In this document: positions 27,158-39,415 of the stretch, piece after piece
How positions within the stretch are numbered: the first letter of the stretch is position 1
Layout: the number at the start of each line of letters is the position of its first letter
Source of the DNA: Tubiluchus corallicola
Lineage: Eukaryota; Animalia; Priapulida
Reading direction: 5' to 3'
Length of the DNA stretch: 59,658 nt
Assembly (NCBI GenBank): GCA_030141605.1
Contig: JAQGDQ010001144.1
Span: 1-59,658, forward strand
Translations under genes and position numbers: made by a program
Notes under the pieces: model-generated
What the model was told of the DNA's origin: nothing
Databases searched by the model: none
The model's input: the letters and a program-made list of their open reading frames with translations, nothing else

Positions 27158-28120
27158 TTCTTGCACTTTCTCTGGTTGCACTTGCACTTCTTCTTCTTCT
27201 TCCACTTCGTAGGTTTCAGTTGCGTCAGACTCTCCTTCTCCTTCACCGAAGAACTGATCAAGCTCATGTTTAATCGATGCTAGTATTTGATCTTCCACTT
27301 CGATGTCCTCCACAGATTCCAGTACTGCCTCGTCTTCTTCGTCAACTTCATCTTTTTCGTCATCTTTCACATCAGGGTCAAACGAAGGTGGCTTCAAGAC
27401 TACCGGTTTGCGAGAAGAGGTATTCTACGCCTATCAGCTCACCTATAAAAAGAAATTGTAATTAAAACTCAGACAATAATACATAAATACACATTTTGAC
27501 ACATCAGGCACAACAATATTAAACTGAACATGTTGCACAAATTAATGTAATATTACAAACCTGTGTATTTTCCTGGTGCTTGATATGAAGAATCATAATC
27601 ACATCCAAAAATCTTCTTGTTGAGCTCATTCGTTACCTGCTTCAATTCACCGCTGAAAGTCTGCTGAGAAATTTCCGTGGTGGTACTAACTGAAGCAGCA
27701 GCCCTATCCTCATTCCATCTGACAATACCCTCCAACGGGTAGGGGCCTGGAAGTGCGTTTGATCTGCACTCGTTCCTGAAATTGTAATATATAGAAATGA
27801 ATACTAAATACCAAAAAGAAGAAGCCCTGAAAAATATGTATATTATAACAATTTGAAGTGCTAAACCAAGAAATTCATGTCATTTATCCCAAAAGCATTT
27901 GAATTAATACCTGGGATGAAGTTGACAAGATGGCTATGAAAAAGACTCCAAAGATACTGAGCCACGTGCACATCTGTATACTGGCAGGATGACATCTCCT
28001 TTCCATAGAGTGCCTGTCTGAGTGTAGAGGTGGTAGTTTGGTGGATCTTACAGAGATCTTGCGGACGATTTTGTTGAGCCCATTCTGCCCTCATACGCTG
28101 ACTGTCCATAAGAGGAACGT

Positions 28121-29985
28121 CCATGGTGTCCTTGCCTTGTTCTCCACAAAAGACTTCGATGATGCTGTCTAGAAGGCGGGTCGTTTCCTCCACTCCTCGT
28201 GTCCTCGAGGACGCCCATGGTGTCCTTGCCTTGTTCTCCACAAAAGACTTCGATGATTCTGTCTAGAAGGCGGGTCATTTCCTCCACTCCTCGTGTCCTC
28301 GAGGACGCCCATGGTGTCCTTGCCTTGTTCTCCACAAAAGACTTCGATGATGCTGTCTAGAAGGCGGGTCGTTTCCTCCACTCCTCGTGTCCTCGAGGAC
28401 GCCCATGGTGTCCTTGCCTTGTTCTCCACAAAAGACTTCGATGATTCTGTCTAGAAGGCGGGTCGTTTCCTCCACTCCTCGTGTCCTCGAGGACGCCCAT
28501 GGTGTCCTTGCCTTGTTCTCCACAAAAGACTTCGATGATTCTGTCTAGAAGGCGGGTCGTTTCCTCCACTCCTCGTGTCCTCGAGGACGCTCATGGTGTC
28601 CTTGCCTTGTTCTCCACAAAAGACTTCGATGATTCTGTCTAGAAGGCGGGTCGTTTCCTCCACTCCTCGTGTCCTCGAGGACGCCCATGGTGTCCTTGCC
28701 TTGTTCTCCAGAAAAGACTTCGATGACTCTGTCTAGAAGGCGGGTCGTTTCCTCCACTCCTCGTGTCCTCGAGGACGCCCATGGTGTCCTTGCCTTGTTC
28801 TCCAGAAAAGACTTCGATGATTCTGTCTAGAAGGCGGGTCGTTTCCTCCACTCCTCGTGTCCTCGAGGACGCCCATGGTGTCCTTGCCTTGTTCTCCAGA
28901 AAAGACTTCGATGATTCTGTCTAGAAGGCGGGTCGTTTCCTCCACTCCTCGTGTCCTCGAGGACGCCCATGGTGTCCTTGCCTTGTTCTCCAGAAAAGAC
29001 TTTGATTATTCTGTCTAGAAGGCGGGTCGTTTCCTCCACTCTTCATGTCCTCGAGGACGCCCACGGTGTCCTTGCCTTGTTCTCCACTAAAGACTTCGAT
29101 GATGCTGTCTAGAAGGCGGGTCGTTTCCTCCACTCCTCGTGTCCTCGAGGACGCCCATGGTGTCCTTGCCTTGTTCTCCACAAAAGACTTCGATGATTCT
29201 GTCTAGAAGGCGGGTCGTTTCCTCCACTCCTCGTGTCCTCGAGGACGCCCATGGTGTCCTTGCCTTGTTCTCCACAAAAGACTTCGATGATTCTGTCTAG
29301 AAGGCGGGTCGTTTCCTCCACTCCTCGTGTCCTCGAGGACGCCCATGGTGTCCTTGCCTTGTTCTCCACAAAAGACTTCGATGATGCTGTCTAGAAGGCG
29401 GGTCGTTTCCTCCACTCCTCGTGTCCTCGAGGACGCCCATGGTGTCCTTGCCTTGTTCTCCACAAAAGACTTCGATGATTCTGTCTAGAAGGCGGGTCGT
29501 TTCCTCCACTCCTCGTGTCCTCGAGGACGCCCATGGTGTCCTTGCCTTGTTCTCCACAAAAGACTTCGATGATTCTGTCTAGAAGGCGGGTCGTTTCCTC
29601 CACTCCTCGTGTCCTCGAGGACGCCCATGGTGTCCTTGCCTTGTTCTCCACAAAAGACTTCGATGATTCTGTCTAGAAGGCGGGTCGTTTCCTCCACTCC
29701 TCGTGTCCTCGAGGACGCCCATGGTGTCCTTGCGTTGTTCTCCAGAAAAGACTTCGATGATTCTGTCTAGAAGGCGGGTCATTTCCTCCACTCCTCGTGT
29801 CCTCGAGGACGCCCATGGTGTCCTTGCCTTGTTCTCCACAAAAGACTTCGATGATTCTGTCTAGAAGGCGGGTCGTTTCATCCACTCCTCGTGTCCTCGA
29901 GGACGCCCATGGTGTCCTTGCCTTGTTCTCCAGAAAAGACTTCGATGATGCTGTAGAGAAGGCGGGTCGTTTCCTCCACTCCTCG
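28121..29985. repeat. 94-bp tandem array (~20 copies) from exon sequence
   Basis: ORF track recurs every 94 bp; unit encodes RGVEETTRLLDRIIEVFCGEQGKDTMGV. Confidence 0.96.
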
Positions 29986-31504
29986 CGTTGTATGACGGCA
30001 GTGCCGAGCTAGCTCACGTCTGGTCAGTTGTCTTCTGACGTTAGCATTTGACAGTGAAATGCGCCGCTTCTCCAGCTCTGACCGTTTGGCTGCGATGAGT
30101 TTTTACACATCTTGGTCTGAGGCAAGAGACTCTACAAAGAAATAAAAATCATATAAACACTATATTCGAACACTATATTCAACATAGTCATATTCAACAT
30201 ATTCATACTATAGTCAAAGTGCAGTTTCTCAAAATTAGCAAGGACACATGAGGTACAAAAAAATTAGAAAAAAAAATAACTAACCTGAGGACCAGCTTGC
30301 ACCTGCCTTAGCTGACTCGTACTTGGCTTCCTCACAACTGACTCAACTGAGGGTGGTGTATGTTGTAGTTTACCACGTTGTTATGTCTTCTAACGCAACA
30401 CGCACAGTACGTGCTACAAAAAAATATATTATTTAGTATACATAATAACAACACTTTCACACAAGTGCACACGAGTTATGTTAGTTTTAAAAAATAAATG
30501 TTACTTACCAGTTATTTCAGCCAGATTTGCTGCAGCAACGAGCTCCTCATCGGTCGGACTCTGCCTCCCTTCATCTGGCTTCTTCGTCTCAATCGAAATC
30601 TCTATTATCTCTGACGAAGTCGCCTCATCCGGATCAGGCATCCTCCCTGGTGACCTTGGCGGAGCTCCTAATGCAGCTGGCAAATCAGGACGTCGTGGTA
30701 CAGGCGGTCGAACATCTGGAAGTTCCTTCTTCGCTGGGCTTTTTTCAACCTCGTCTTTCAGTTCTGGTTGAAGCATTAGATACTCCTTCAAGGCAAACTT
30801 ATTTCTTGACAATGGTGTGTCACACATTGAAGCATCGTGTTTCATTGACCTCACCACGTACAAAGCATACCCCAAAGCATTCTCGACTAACCATTTCACT
30901 GATTGACCGTGGTATTGTCCAAACTGAAGTCGGTACTGTCTAAGAACGGTGATCTGTAAAAATAAAATGTTTTCACATAGGTACTCTTAATAAATTCATA
31001 AATCATGCAAGTGCAATAAATTCCAGGGCACCACTCTATTATGGCATACTCTACATTCCAGATGATCAGTAGCAAGAACAAAGATGTCATCCACATCGAC
31101 TACTTGGTCTTGTAGAAACCACAAGGAGAGCTACAAAATCGCTAAGTCGGTATCAAAATTGAATTTGTGAACTAACATTACTAACTTACTAATACAAGTA
31201 CAACTAAATCGCTAATAAATTGAGATACACACATAACATAAGTCAAATAGGATAATTCTACTGTCCTATTGACGGAGACGCACTGACCAAGAGTGAAGTT
31301 TAAACCAAGCTTATATAAGATTTAAAGAACTGTAGATTCACACGAAGCCACTAATCATTCATAATATATCATGATATATTAAATTACTGTACATTCAGGT
31401 TTGGATGCATCACTCTTGTTGTAGTGTACGAATGAACGATGCACATTGACGCGTCAAAGAAGAAGAAGAGACTAAAATGCCTAAACACAGTTTTTATAAA
31501 TTGA

Positions 31505-31890
31505 ATTATGAATTTATTCCACAGCTACTCAAACATACATACAAATTGATATAACATTGAAAAAAAAGAACTATGCGAGTTACTGTGAGGAGGAGGAAGG
31601 AGCATTGAGCTTTCGAGTCCTTCTCCAGATAAGTGAAACAATTGATAATTAACATTACATTTTCATCAGTTATAGCATACATTAGAACAAAATAAGTTTT
31701 GTTAGTAACTTAAGATCAGGATGAGTAAAATTGCGAGTTAATTATACCGTTGTAGTAGGTAATTCTTTGATGCTTTTTTAAATTGATAAAGATTAAGAGT
31801 TTTCATTTCACGCGGAATTGATGACCATATTTTAATAGCATTATATTTTGATGACTGTTTCATTATATTTGTTTTTGGAAGGGGGAGTAC
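31505..31890 (-). mobile_element. CR1/L2/Crack-type LINE 3' remnant
   Basis: Minus strand reads PLPKTNIMKQSSKYNAIKIWSSIPREMKTLNLYQFKKASKNYLLQRYN*, the typical W(N/S)xxP...FK C-terminus, then a 3' UTR ending near GAATAAATTC. Confidence 0.65.
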
Positions 31891-32699
31891 AAATCGTGAG
31901 ATGCAATTTAAAGCAGCTTTCTGTTGTCCTGCATTGGTTTTGAACTTCTAAAGCAAAAGCCAAGTCAGTCGGGAAATTGAGCTCATTTTAATATTTGAGA
32001 GAAAGTTTCAGCAATAAAATTATGATAAGTATCTCGTGTAATTAGTAAAACCGATTTCAAGTCGTTATCCCTTAACGCTTGGGGGCGCTCAATTTACACG
32101 AAGAATTGCGTCATCCGGTTTCCGTGCAATATAAACACTTACTCTACCAGGTGCTTCAATAACCTTTTTTTGACTTATAGAACGAACTCTATAAACTAAA
32201 TAACCCACCCACTATACTATACTATGCGGTACCTACTATACTATAAGTTTACATGTGTATTTGAAAGTCAACAAAAGTCTGTAAACTAATTACATTTACG
32301 CAATACTACTTACACATTTTAAGGTATAATCCTGTGTGTTAAAGTTATGTAACAACTTTAATCTTTGCCAAAATTCATCAAATGACTAATTTTTACATAA
32401 ACGCAGTTAAATACAACGCTGGAATAACTGAACTTCTGAGTGAACTGTAGAAATTTCTCAACGCGTACCTTCACCACAGCTTGACTTCACAGCATTCAAA
32501 CTGCCCAGCAGACACCAGCTTACGTCATTTTTTTAAATACGCCATTTCAATATTTTTAATTGTACATTCAAATGCAATAAATATTATTCCAGGTTTGGGT
32601 TTTCCTTTAGGCAGTACATTGATAGTTGCCCTTTCATCATGTTCTAGTAGATCTATTCATTGGACAATAGAATATTGATTATCCACGATACTTGTGAGC

Positions 32700-33153
32700 A
32701 TAACATAGATTGTCCCTACGGGTCTCATAGTCAACATAGATTGATCCCCTGCGGGTCTCATAGTCAATGTAAATTGATCCCCAGCGGGTCTCATAGTCAA
32801 CATAGAATGATCCTCTACGGGTCTTATAGTCAACATAGATTGATTCATTGATCCCCAGCGGGTCTCATAGTCAACATAGATTGATCCCCAGCGGGTCTCA
32901 TAGTCAACATAGATTGATCCTCTACGGGTCTCATAGTCAACATAGATTGATTTATTGATCCCCAGCGGGTCTCATAGTCAACATAGAGTGATGCCCAGCG
33001 AGTCTCATAGTCAATATAGAGTGATCCCCAGTGGGTCTCATAGTCAACATAGATTGATCCTCTACGGGTATCATAGTCAATATAGATTGATCCCCAGCGA
33101 GTCTCATAGTCAACATAGAGTGATCCCCCCTCCCCAGCGGGTCTCATAGTCAA
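32700..33153. repeat. 33-bp minisatellite, ~13 copies
   Basis: Unit GGTCTCATAGTCAACATAGATTGATCCCCAGCG. Confidence 0.92.
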
Positions 33154-33960
33154 TAGGTGTCCTGAATACTAGCGAGTAGGCAGCATTGGTGTCCAGCAGG
33201 GGAAGCAAATTGCCCCTTGAAGCAATCTATCCAATTTGTAAACAACAATAAACAGAACTTACGGGAAATGACAACTAGCTCTTCTAAACAACCTGCCCCA
33301 TAGCGAACTAATCTAGCCGTTTTGTTTGTGTCTGCTTCCTGTTAATTAGAGGGAAATAATAAGATCATTCGTGTGCAAAATAAGTCTGTCCAGGTCCAGG
33401 AGCAATTATTTGTATCTGCAGTTATTACTATCAACTGTAAACAATCGAAAACATTAAATGAGAAATTATTACATGTATTTTTGATTTTGAGGAATCTTGT
33501 TGGACATTATTGTCACCACTAAGGGGGGGGGGGTGAGGTAACAAACTACATAAAACAACTAACTTAGGAAAGTAACAGCATGCATATATACTAGGTCGAA
33601 GATCACCTGTGTCAGAAATCCAAAGCTTTAGTGACTTCTACATGCTCTTATACTGGCATTCCAGGTCAGCTGGCTTCTCACACCACGTGTAGGCCCAAAC
33701 AAGACGTCTGGATCTACAAGGAAGCCGCTGTTGACGTGGAAGCAGGGCGTGCAGAGGGCCCTATACCTGACCAGACAACGGGTGCTTCCGTAACAGTATT
33801 AATGCCGGCTATTAGAAATTGTTGCAGAACTACATAAACTTACTAAACATTTTACTAATTGATTGTACGTGTAAGAGCGTAAAGAATACTTAACTACTTC
33901 TAAGTTCTCTTTAAGAATTATAAATGCACGTAATTGTAAATGAAAAATGTCTTATACGTG

Positions 33961-34337
33961 TGTTGTGTTTTGTTTCTTTCGGAAGGCTCGCAGAGAAAAC
34001 CAGAAAACACGTCGTCAAATAAAACTAGTTTATTAAGCGAGAATTCTACAACACGAAAGTATGAAGGAACGCGAAATGATTACAGTAAACGTGATAATCT
34101 GGTAAACATTTAAGTGTATCTGAAAATGTAAGTGTACAAGAGAATGTGTAAGTGTACGTCCGTGCGAGATCTGCGTGCCCCCCCCCTTGTCAGCGGCCTG
34201 TTTCGCCTTATATATCGCGCCCAAGAAGCTTCCAGAAATAATGTTCCAGAACATCCCAGACGGCAAGACGATCATTCCAACGGAACATTCGACAATGTTC
34301 TATGTAATTCTAATAGATGCCAGCGATCTCCACAATA
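33961..34337 (-). mobile_element. Solo LTR (small family), copy 1
   Basis: TGTTGTG...CACAATA termini; 5-bp TSD ACGTG (33956-33960, 34338-34342); minus-strand TATA and AATAAA; homologous to 36435-36756. Confidence 0.8.
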
Positions 34338-34654
34338 ACGTGACCGTGCGTAGGAAAACCGTCCATAGTGCGCTAGGTATCAATTTTTTAATTATGTGCA
34401 TGTCCTTGTTCTCCTGTTCATGCCGATCATTTTGGTACCAGTTTCAGCTCTCTACGTTGTTTCTGAGCGAAGATATTGGCATTTATCGTTCAGCGGATGG
34501 TGAATTATGCCATTATGCAGCATCTTTCTCGCAGCAAACTGTTCGTGCGGTGCCCTTCCGGCAGTTCCTTTAAGTCTCGCTAGAAAATTGAGACATAACA
34601 GAGAAGATTGAGCTGGTGCAGCTTTCGACCAAGGCGTATTAGTTTGCATGTCCT

Positions 34655-34668
34655 CCACCAGATGGCGC
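34655..34668 (+). promoter_or_regulatory. CTCF-like motif
   Basis: CCACCAGATGGCGC matches core CCASYAGRKGGCRS at all positions. Confidence 0.5.
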
Positions 34669-34959
34669 TGACCCAGGTGTGACGTCACTGGATGAGCTTC
34701 ATGGGAAGGCTCTGTGTGAAAGCGTGGGACACAGAGCAGAACGTGAATCACGTGATCAGGTACTGCAAGAAAACTTGCCGAAGTTTTGACCAGGATGTTA
34801 TTAGAAGTAAATAACGGAATCATTGGAAAATCAACACACGGATGTAACAGATTTTTTTCGTATAAACACCAACAATTTTAATTTCCTCCCTTAGACGTGT
34901 CCAGAGATACTGAAGTTTTATATCTTGTTAAAAGTCTCATTCCATCTATTGTAGACATT

Positions 34960-35190
34960 GAGACATTACTAATTATTAGAGTATTGCACCTACTTCTATC
35001 TGCAGGTAACAGCGTAAGTTCTTCTACTCCTAAAGATATTTTTGGTTGAAACTGTTAAACATCTTTATTTGCATTAGCTATCCGAGTTGTTTTTGGTTTG
35101 CCAGGTGGTTTTTCCAAGATTTTAAGGCTCCTTTAAGGCGATTCTTACTGGGGCTTCACTTGGTAATTTTAGAAGGTGTGCTAGGTGTCT
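34960..35190 (-). mobile_element. Degenerate RTE LINE 3' fragment
   Basis: Minus strand LAHLLKLPSEAPVRIALKEP*...KPPGKPKTT, similar to GHMLRLPDDIPVKTALQQ...KKPAGGQ in the 12878-13543 element. Confidence 0.5.
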
Positions 35191-35572
35191 TTAGTTTAGT
35201 TTTAGTTTTAGTTTTAGTTTAGATTAGTTTAGTTTAGTTTAGTTTAGTTTCGTTTCGTTTCGTTTCGTTTCGTTTCGTTTCGTTTCGTTTCGTTTCGTTT
35301 CGTTTCGTTTCGTTTCGTTTCGTTTCGTTTCGTTTCGCTTCGCTTCGCTTCGCTTCGTTTAGTTTAGTTTAGTTTACTTTCTTTACTTTACTTTACTTTA
35401 CTTTACTTTACTTTACTTTACTTTACTTTACTTTACTTTACTTTACTTTACTTTACTTTACTTTACTTTACTTTACTTTACTTTACTTTACTTTACTTTA
35501 CTTTACTTTACTTTACTTTACTTTACTTTACTTTACTTTACTTTACTTTACTTTACTTTACTTTACTTTAGC
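35190..35572. repeat. Compound pentanucleotide microsatellite
   Basis: TTTAG-TTTCG-CTTCG-TTTAG-TTTAC blocks. Confidence 0.95.
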
Positions 35573-36434
35573 TTATTTCAGTTATGTATGTTTTGTCATT
35601 TGCCATGACAAAATAATACATAAATATGGTGAAAATACAAAATACAAAATTAAAAAAAAACAAGCATACAAATAATAATAAAGTTGATTAATTGATCATT
35701 GGGGTGTCCGAAAAGAAACCTTGTAAAGGTCAGGCCCAGTATTGCAAACAGAAAGAAAAGCTTAGGTGCAAGGATAAAAGTTGCTTAATGGGTGGGAAAT
35801 GAGTATGAAAAGTGAAAGGATATGAAGACGTAACATGAAAGTGAGAAAAAAATAAAAAAATAAAAATAAAAAATGAGATTGTCACAAGAATGTAATAAAT
35901 GTAAATAAATCAGCAAGGCAAGCACAATCGCAAATGGATTCAGATTATGTCCACCCACCTAAATACGCATATATCGTATTTTTTCTATAGCAGTCACTTC
36001 TTTGTCACTTTACGCGATGTTGTCTAAACTTGTTTCAAACGACTTGTAAACCGTCAAAATGGCTGCTCCTAAAGGCTGTCATAGGAGTTTAAATTTTCAA
36101 AGATCATACAACATTGCTGATAATGTAATCCGTGTACACAATAAGACAGTATGTAGCTATTATATAATATAAGATGATTTTTTAAGTTTTATTTACGGAG
36201 AACCACAACCAGAAATGATACCGGTTCTGCATTATCAGAGTCGTAGCAGCATTGAAATGAGCAAAAACTGATTTTCTCAAGTCAAATTAATTAGATTAAT
36301 TGTCCGTAACTAAAGTACAAGTTTCCTGCAAAAATGTTCTTGCAGAGACGACATATTCTTCTCAGTTGTTCACAGCTCCTACTAAATTGGACCCTCTTAG
36401 TCACAGACTGGAGAACACACTCAGCTTTCCAAGT

Positions 36435-36756
36435 TGTTGTGTTTTGTTTCTCTCGGAAGGCTCGTAGAGAAAACCAGAAAACACGTCGTCAAATTAAACT
36501 AGTTTATTATACGAGTATTCTACAACACAAAAGTATGAAGGAAAGCGAAATGTTTACAGTAAATGTGATAATCTGAAAACGTGAAAGCGAGAAAGCGTAT
36601 CTCAGAATACGAGGATACAAGAGAATAATCTCCAGCGGCCAGGGAACAATCTAGAAATAGAAAGTTCTCGAAACTTCTACAAGGTAAGAAGATTGTTCTA
36701 CTATACTATAGACTATTCTAGAATATTCTATTTAATTCTAGTGGATCTCCACAACG
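36435..36756 (-). mobile_element. Solo LTR, copy 2
   Basis: TGTTGTG...CACAACG; flanks CAAGT/CTAGT (4/5 TSD); absent from the paralogous position near 42528. Confidence 0.75.
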
Positions 36757-37014
36757 CTAGTACCAGCTTCTTTCTCAGACTGCATGAGAAGGCACCACAC
36801 ATAGAACACCACCGTTTCCAGCCATAAAGAGAACGTCGTGTGCTGTCAGTGATGTGTCATCAGTGGTCAAAGAGTACGCAGCTAGTTTTCAAGTTCATTC
36901 TTCACCTTTAGCTTTAGCAAACTGTCACAGGCTCATCGAGAACAGTGGCAGAGTTTTCAGAATTCGAAACGGGCTCATAATTTTGGCTCAGACAAAAATG
37001 TTACTGAAATAACA

Positions 37015-38019
37015 TTAATGGATGCTAACTAATTCTCCACCCCAGTGATGTTCGACACGGTTTCTTCTACACAAGAATTTGTAAATGGTCGACCGTAATT
37101 CTTTCACCTTCCAGAAGTACAATACAGAATTGATCAAAGCGTTGACATTTAGTAATATGAAAATTACGTATCTGAGCGATAAATGAACGACTACAATATG
37201 CAGTCTATGCAAAAGTAAATTTACATACATTGGAGACAGGCAAATGATAGATGTACCTGTAATTAAATATATGGGTAGTGCTGTTCGAAATCGCTGTTTC
37301 ATATACAGGTAATTTTGCTCTCTAGCCGTGTTCTGAGTCACTAATTTCAGTTTGTGACGTAATACTATTTGTGCAATTTTAGCATAAGCTATTGTGTTTG
37401 CTACTATAAGCAGTAAAAAGTTCACAAAAATCCAGTACATGTGTCCAACGTGAGTAACTTCATCTATTGAACATATGCCAGTTTTTTCATCGGGTGCAGT
37501 CAGAGGGCCAGTCGAGCTTGTTGTGGCAAGTACAATAGCGTACAACCATGTAAAAGACAGGATGATGGTTATGCGTCGGTTGTCGAAAATCATTGTGTAT
37601 CGAAGTGGATAGACCACAGCCACAAATCTGTCTATCGTCACCAAAATCTGGCACACCACGGAGGCTGTCATCAGGATCATGAAAATAAAGGTACTCAAAA
37701 TGCAAAGGGGAAGTGTCATCTGCTGCTTCAGTAATCGCTGATTGGCTCTCCAAAGAGAAAACATAGCAAACGATGCCTCACACACTGCTAGATTTGCCAA
37801 AATGATGTTCGATGGTGTTCGTAGGGAACGCACAACGGCTACGGCAATGGTAACTAAACTACACAGAATTACGACGACGAAGTCAAATATCAAAAGCATT
37901 ACGAATAGCAGCAGTTCTGCATTGGTTATCTTTGCCCAACCTGTCGTGTCGCTAAAGTTGCTAAAGGACACAGAATTTGTTAAATTCAAGTTGAAGTCGT
38001 CTAAATGATTACGATTCAT
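37015..38019 (-). CDS. Intronless rhodopsin-like (class A) orphan GPCR, 334 aa (paralogue 1)
   Basis: Seven hydrophobic segments; NLAVCE (TM2), IDRFVAVVYPLRY (TM3/ICL2), W in TM4, CLSP (TM6), NSVLY (TM7 NPxxY variant); N-terminal NxS/T sites. ATG at 38019 gives the same length as paralogue 2. Confidence 0.92.
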   Translation of the reverse strand: MNRNHLDDFNLNLTNSVSFSNFSDTTGWAKITNAELLLFVMLLIFDFVVVILCSLVTIAVAVVRSLRTPSNIILANLAVCEASFAMFSLWRANQRLLKQQMTLPLCILSTFIFMILMTASVVCQILVTIDRFVAVVYPLRYTMIFDNRRITIILSFTWLYAIVLATTSSTGPLTAPDEKTGICSIDEVTHVGHMYWIFVNFLLLIVANTIAYAKIAQIVLRHKLKLVTQNTAREQNYLYMKQRFRTALPIYLITGTSIICLSPMYVNLLLHRLHIVVVHLSLRYVIFILLNVNALINSVLYFWKVKELRSTIYKFLCRRNRVEHHWGGELVSIH

Positions 38020-38162
38020 GTTTTGAAATGAAACAATTTGAAGAAAAGGTAGATAGAAGAACAGCAGACAGAAAATGAGAGACGTTTTCCCATTTGTCAC
38101 ATTTTATATCCTCATGCGCAATCACTGAATGCACGCAGCATGTTGACGCAACAAGAGTTAAT

Positions 38163-38854
38163 TCTTTGAATAGGCTCATCATAGACAACATATTTAGTTA
38201 TTGAGTATTTCAGTCATCAAATAAAATTCTGTTTAGACTTCATAGTAAGTAAGTAGCTAGGAAGGTAGGTAGACAAGTAAGTAGGTAGGTAGGTAGGTTG
38301 GTTGGAAGGTAAGTAGGTAGGTAGGTAAGTATGTATGTATGTATGTATGTATGTATGTATGTATGTATGTATGTATGTATGTATGTATGTATGTATGTAT
38401 GTATGTATGTATGTATGTATGTATGTATGTATGTATGTATGTATGTATGTATGTATGTATGTATGTATGTATGTATGTATGTATGTATGTATGTATGTAT
38501 GTATGTATGTATGTATGTATGTATGTATGTATGTATGTATGTATGTATGTATGTATGTATGTATGTATGTATGTAGGTAGGTAGGTAGGTAGGTAGGTAG
38601 GTAGGTAGGTAGGTAGGTAGGTAGGTAGCTAAGTAGGGAGGTAGGTAGGTAGGTACATAGGTAAGTAGGGAGGAAGGTAGGTAGGCAAGTAGGTAGGTTG
38701 GTAGGTAGGTAGGTAGGTAGGTAGGTAGGTAGGTACATAGGTAGGTTGGTAGGTAGGTAGGTACGTTGGCAGGTAAGTCAAGAAGGAAAGAAAGAAAGGA
38801 AAGAAGGAAGGAAGGAAGGAAGGAAGGAAGGAAGGAAGGATGGATGGAAAGTCA
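38163..38854. repeat. Insert of ~100 bp unique sequence plus GTAG/GTAT/GGAA/GGAT microsatellites, flanked by a 72-bp direct duplication
   Basis: 38091-38162 equals 38855-38926; insert start TCTTTGAATAGGCTCATCATAGACAACATAT matches 40018 onward. Confidence 0.85.
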
Positions 38855-39415
38855 CATTTGTCACATTTTATATCCTCATGCGCAATCACTGAATGCACGC
38901 AGCATGTTGACGCAACAAGAGTTAATATCGACAAGAGCAATCTTGAACACCAAGAAAAGAACAGATAATCCAATCAGGACGCTGCGATAATGAGAAAGCT
39001 AGTCAGTCGTATTTAAAGCACAATAAATGATACATTTCTTATCATATGACTGCGTCTATTTTGACACCTTGGCAATAAGATATGAAAGTCCGTAAACTGC
39101 ATCTGATGATAATGATAATCTACATTGCAAGATGATACCACATTACCATGCGAAGCACTGAAGCAAATACGAAGTTCAGCACTAATCTATGAACACATTA
39201 CTACTCGTACATTGCACTTAGTCAATTGTACTGCAAAAAGGAGCATAGGTGTCGCTGCCCTTGTCAACCTTGCATAAATGAGCACGTAACTTTGCCATAT
39301 GTTGTTGTGTGCTTAAATTGTTGGCACCGAATAGCAGGGGCAGAATTTTATATGCACCACAGTTGTTGAGAAACATCGAAATGCATGTTTATCATCCCAG
39401 CGTATTTTGTAAAAT

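Larger units (their letters stand above)
24830..30953 (-). pseudogene. Decayed multi-exon gene of an uncharacterised DUF6729-type (putative transposase-like) family, internally deleted
   Basis: GT-AG exons at about 30953-30509, 30413-30285, 30131-27911, 27775-27561, 27442-26242, 26130-25865, 25702-~24830. Motifs: LQFGQYHGQSVKWLVENALGY; ELARHCRHTTRGVEETTRLL; GKDTMDVPLMD; LPVYRCARGSVSLESF(H)SHLVNFIPG; RWNEDRA; YTGELIGVEYLFSQTG; GPSGTEGYDRVQNLA; WPSASRLVEAICLKLC; C-terminal CKKCG...GH...CP. Multiple stops and frameshifts. Confidence 0.72.

Noticed and set aside
28048-30012. Regularly spaced repeats as a CRISPR-like array or peptide gene cluster
   Set aside because: Head-to-tail units with no unique spacers, derived from exon sequence, in eukaryotic context without cas genes.
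38020-38100. Signal-peptide-like 27-aa extension of GPCR 1 in the ORF track
   Set aside because: Begins at GTG; the ATG at 38019 matches the paralogue's start and length.
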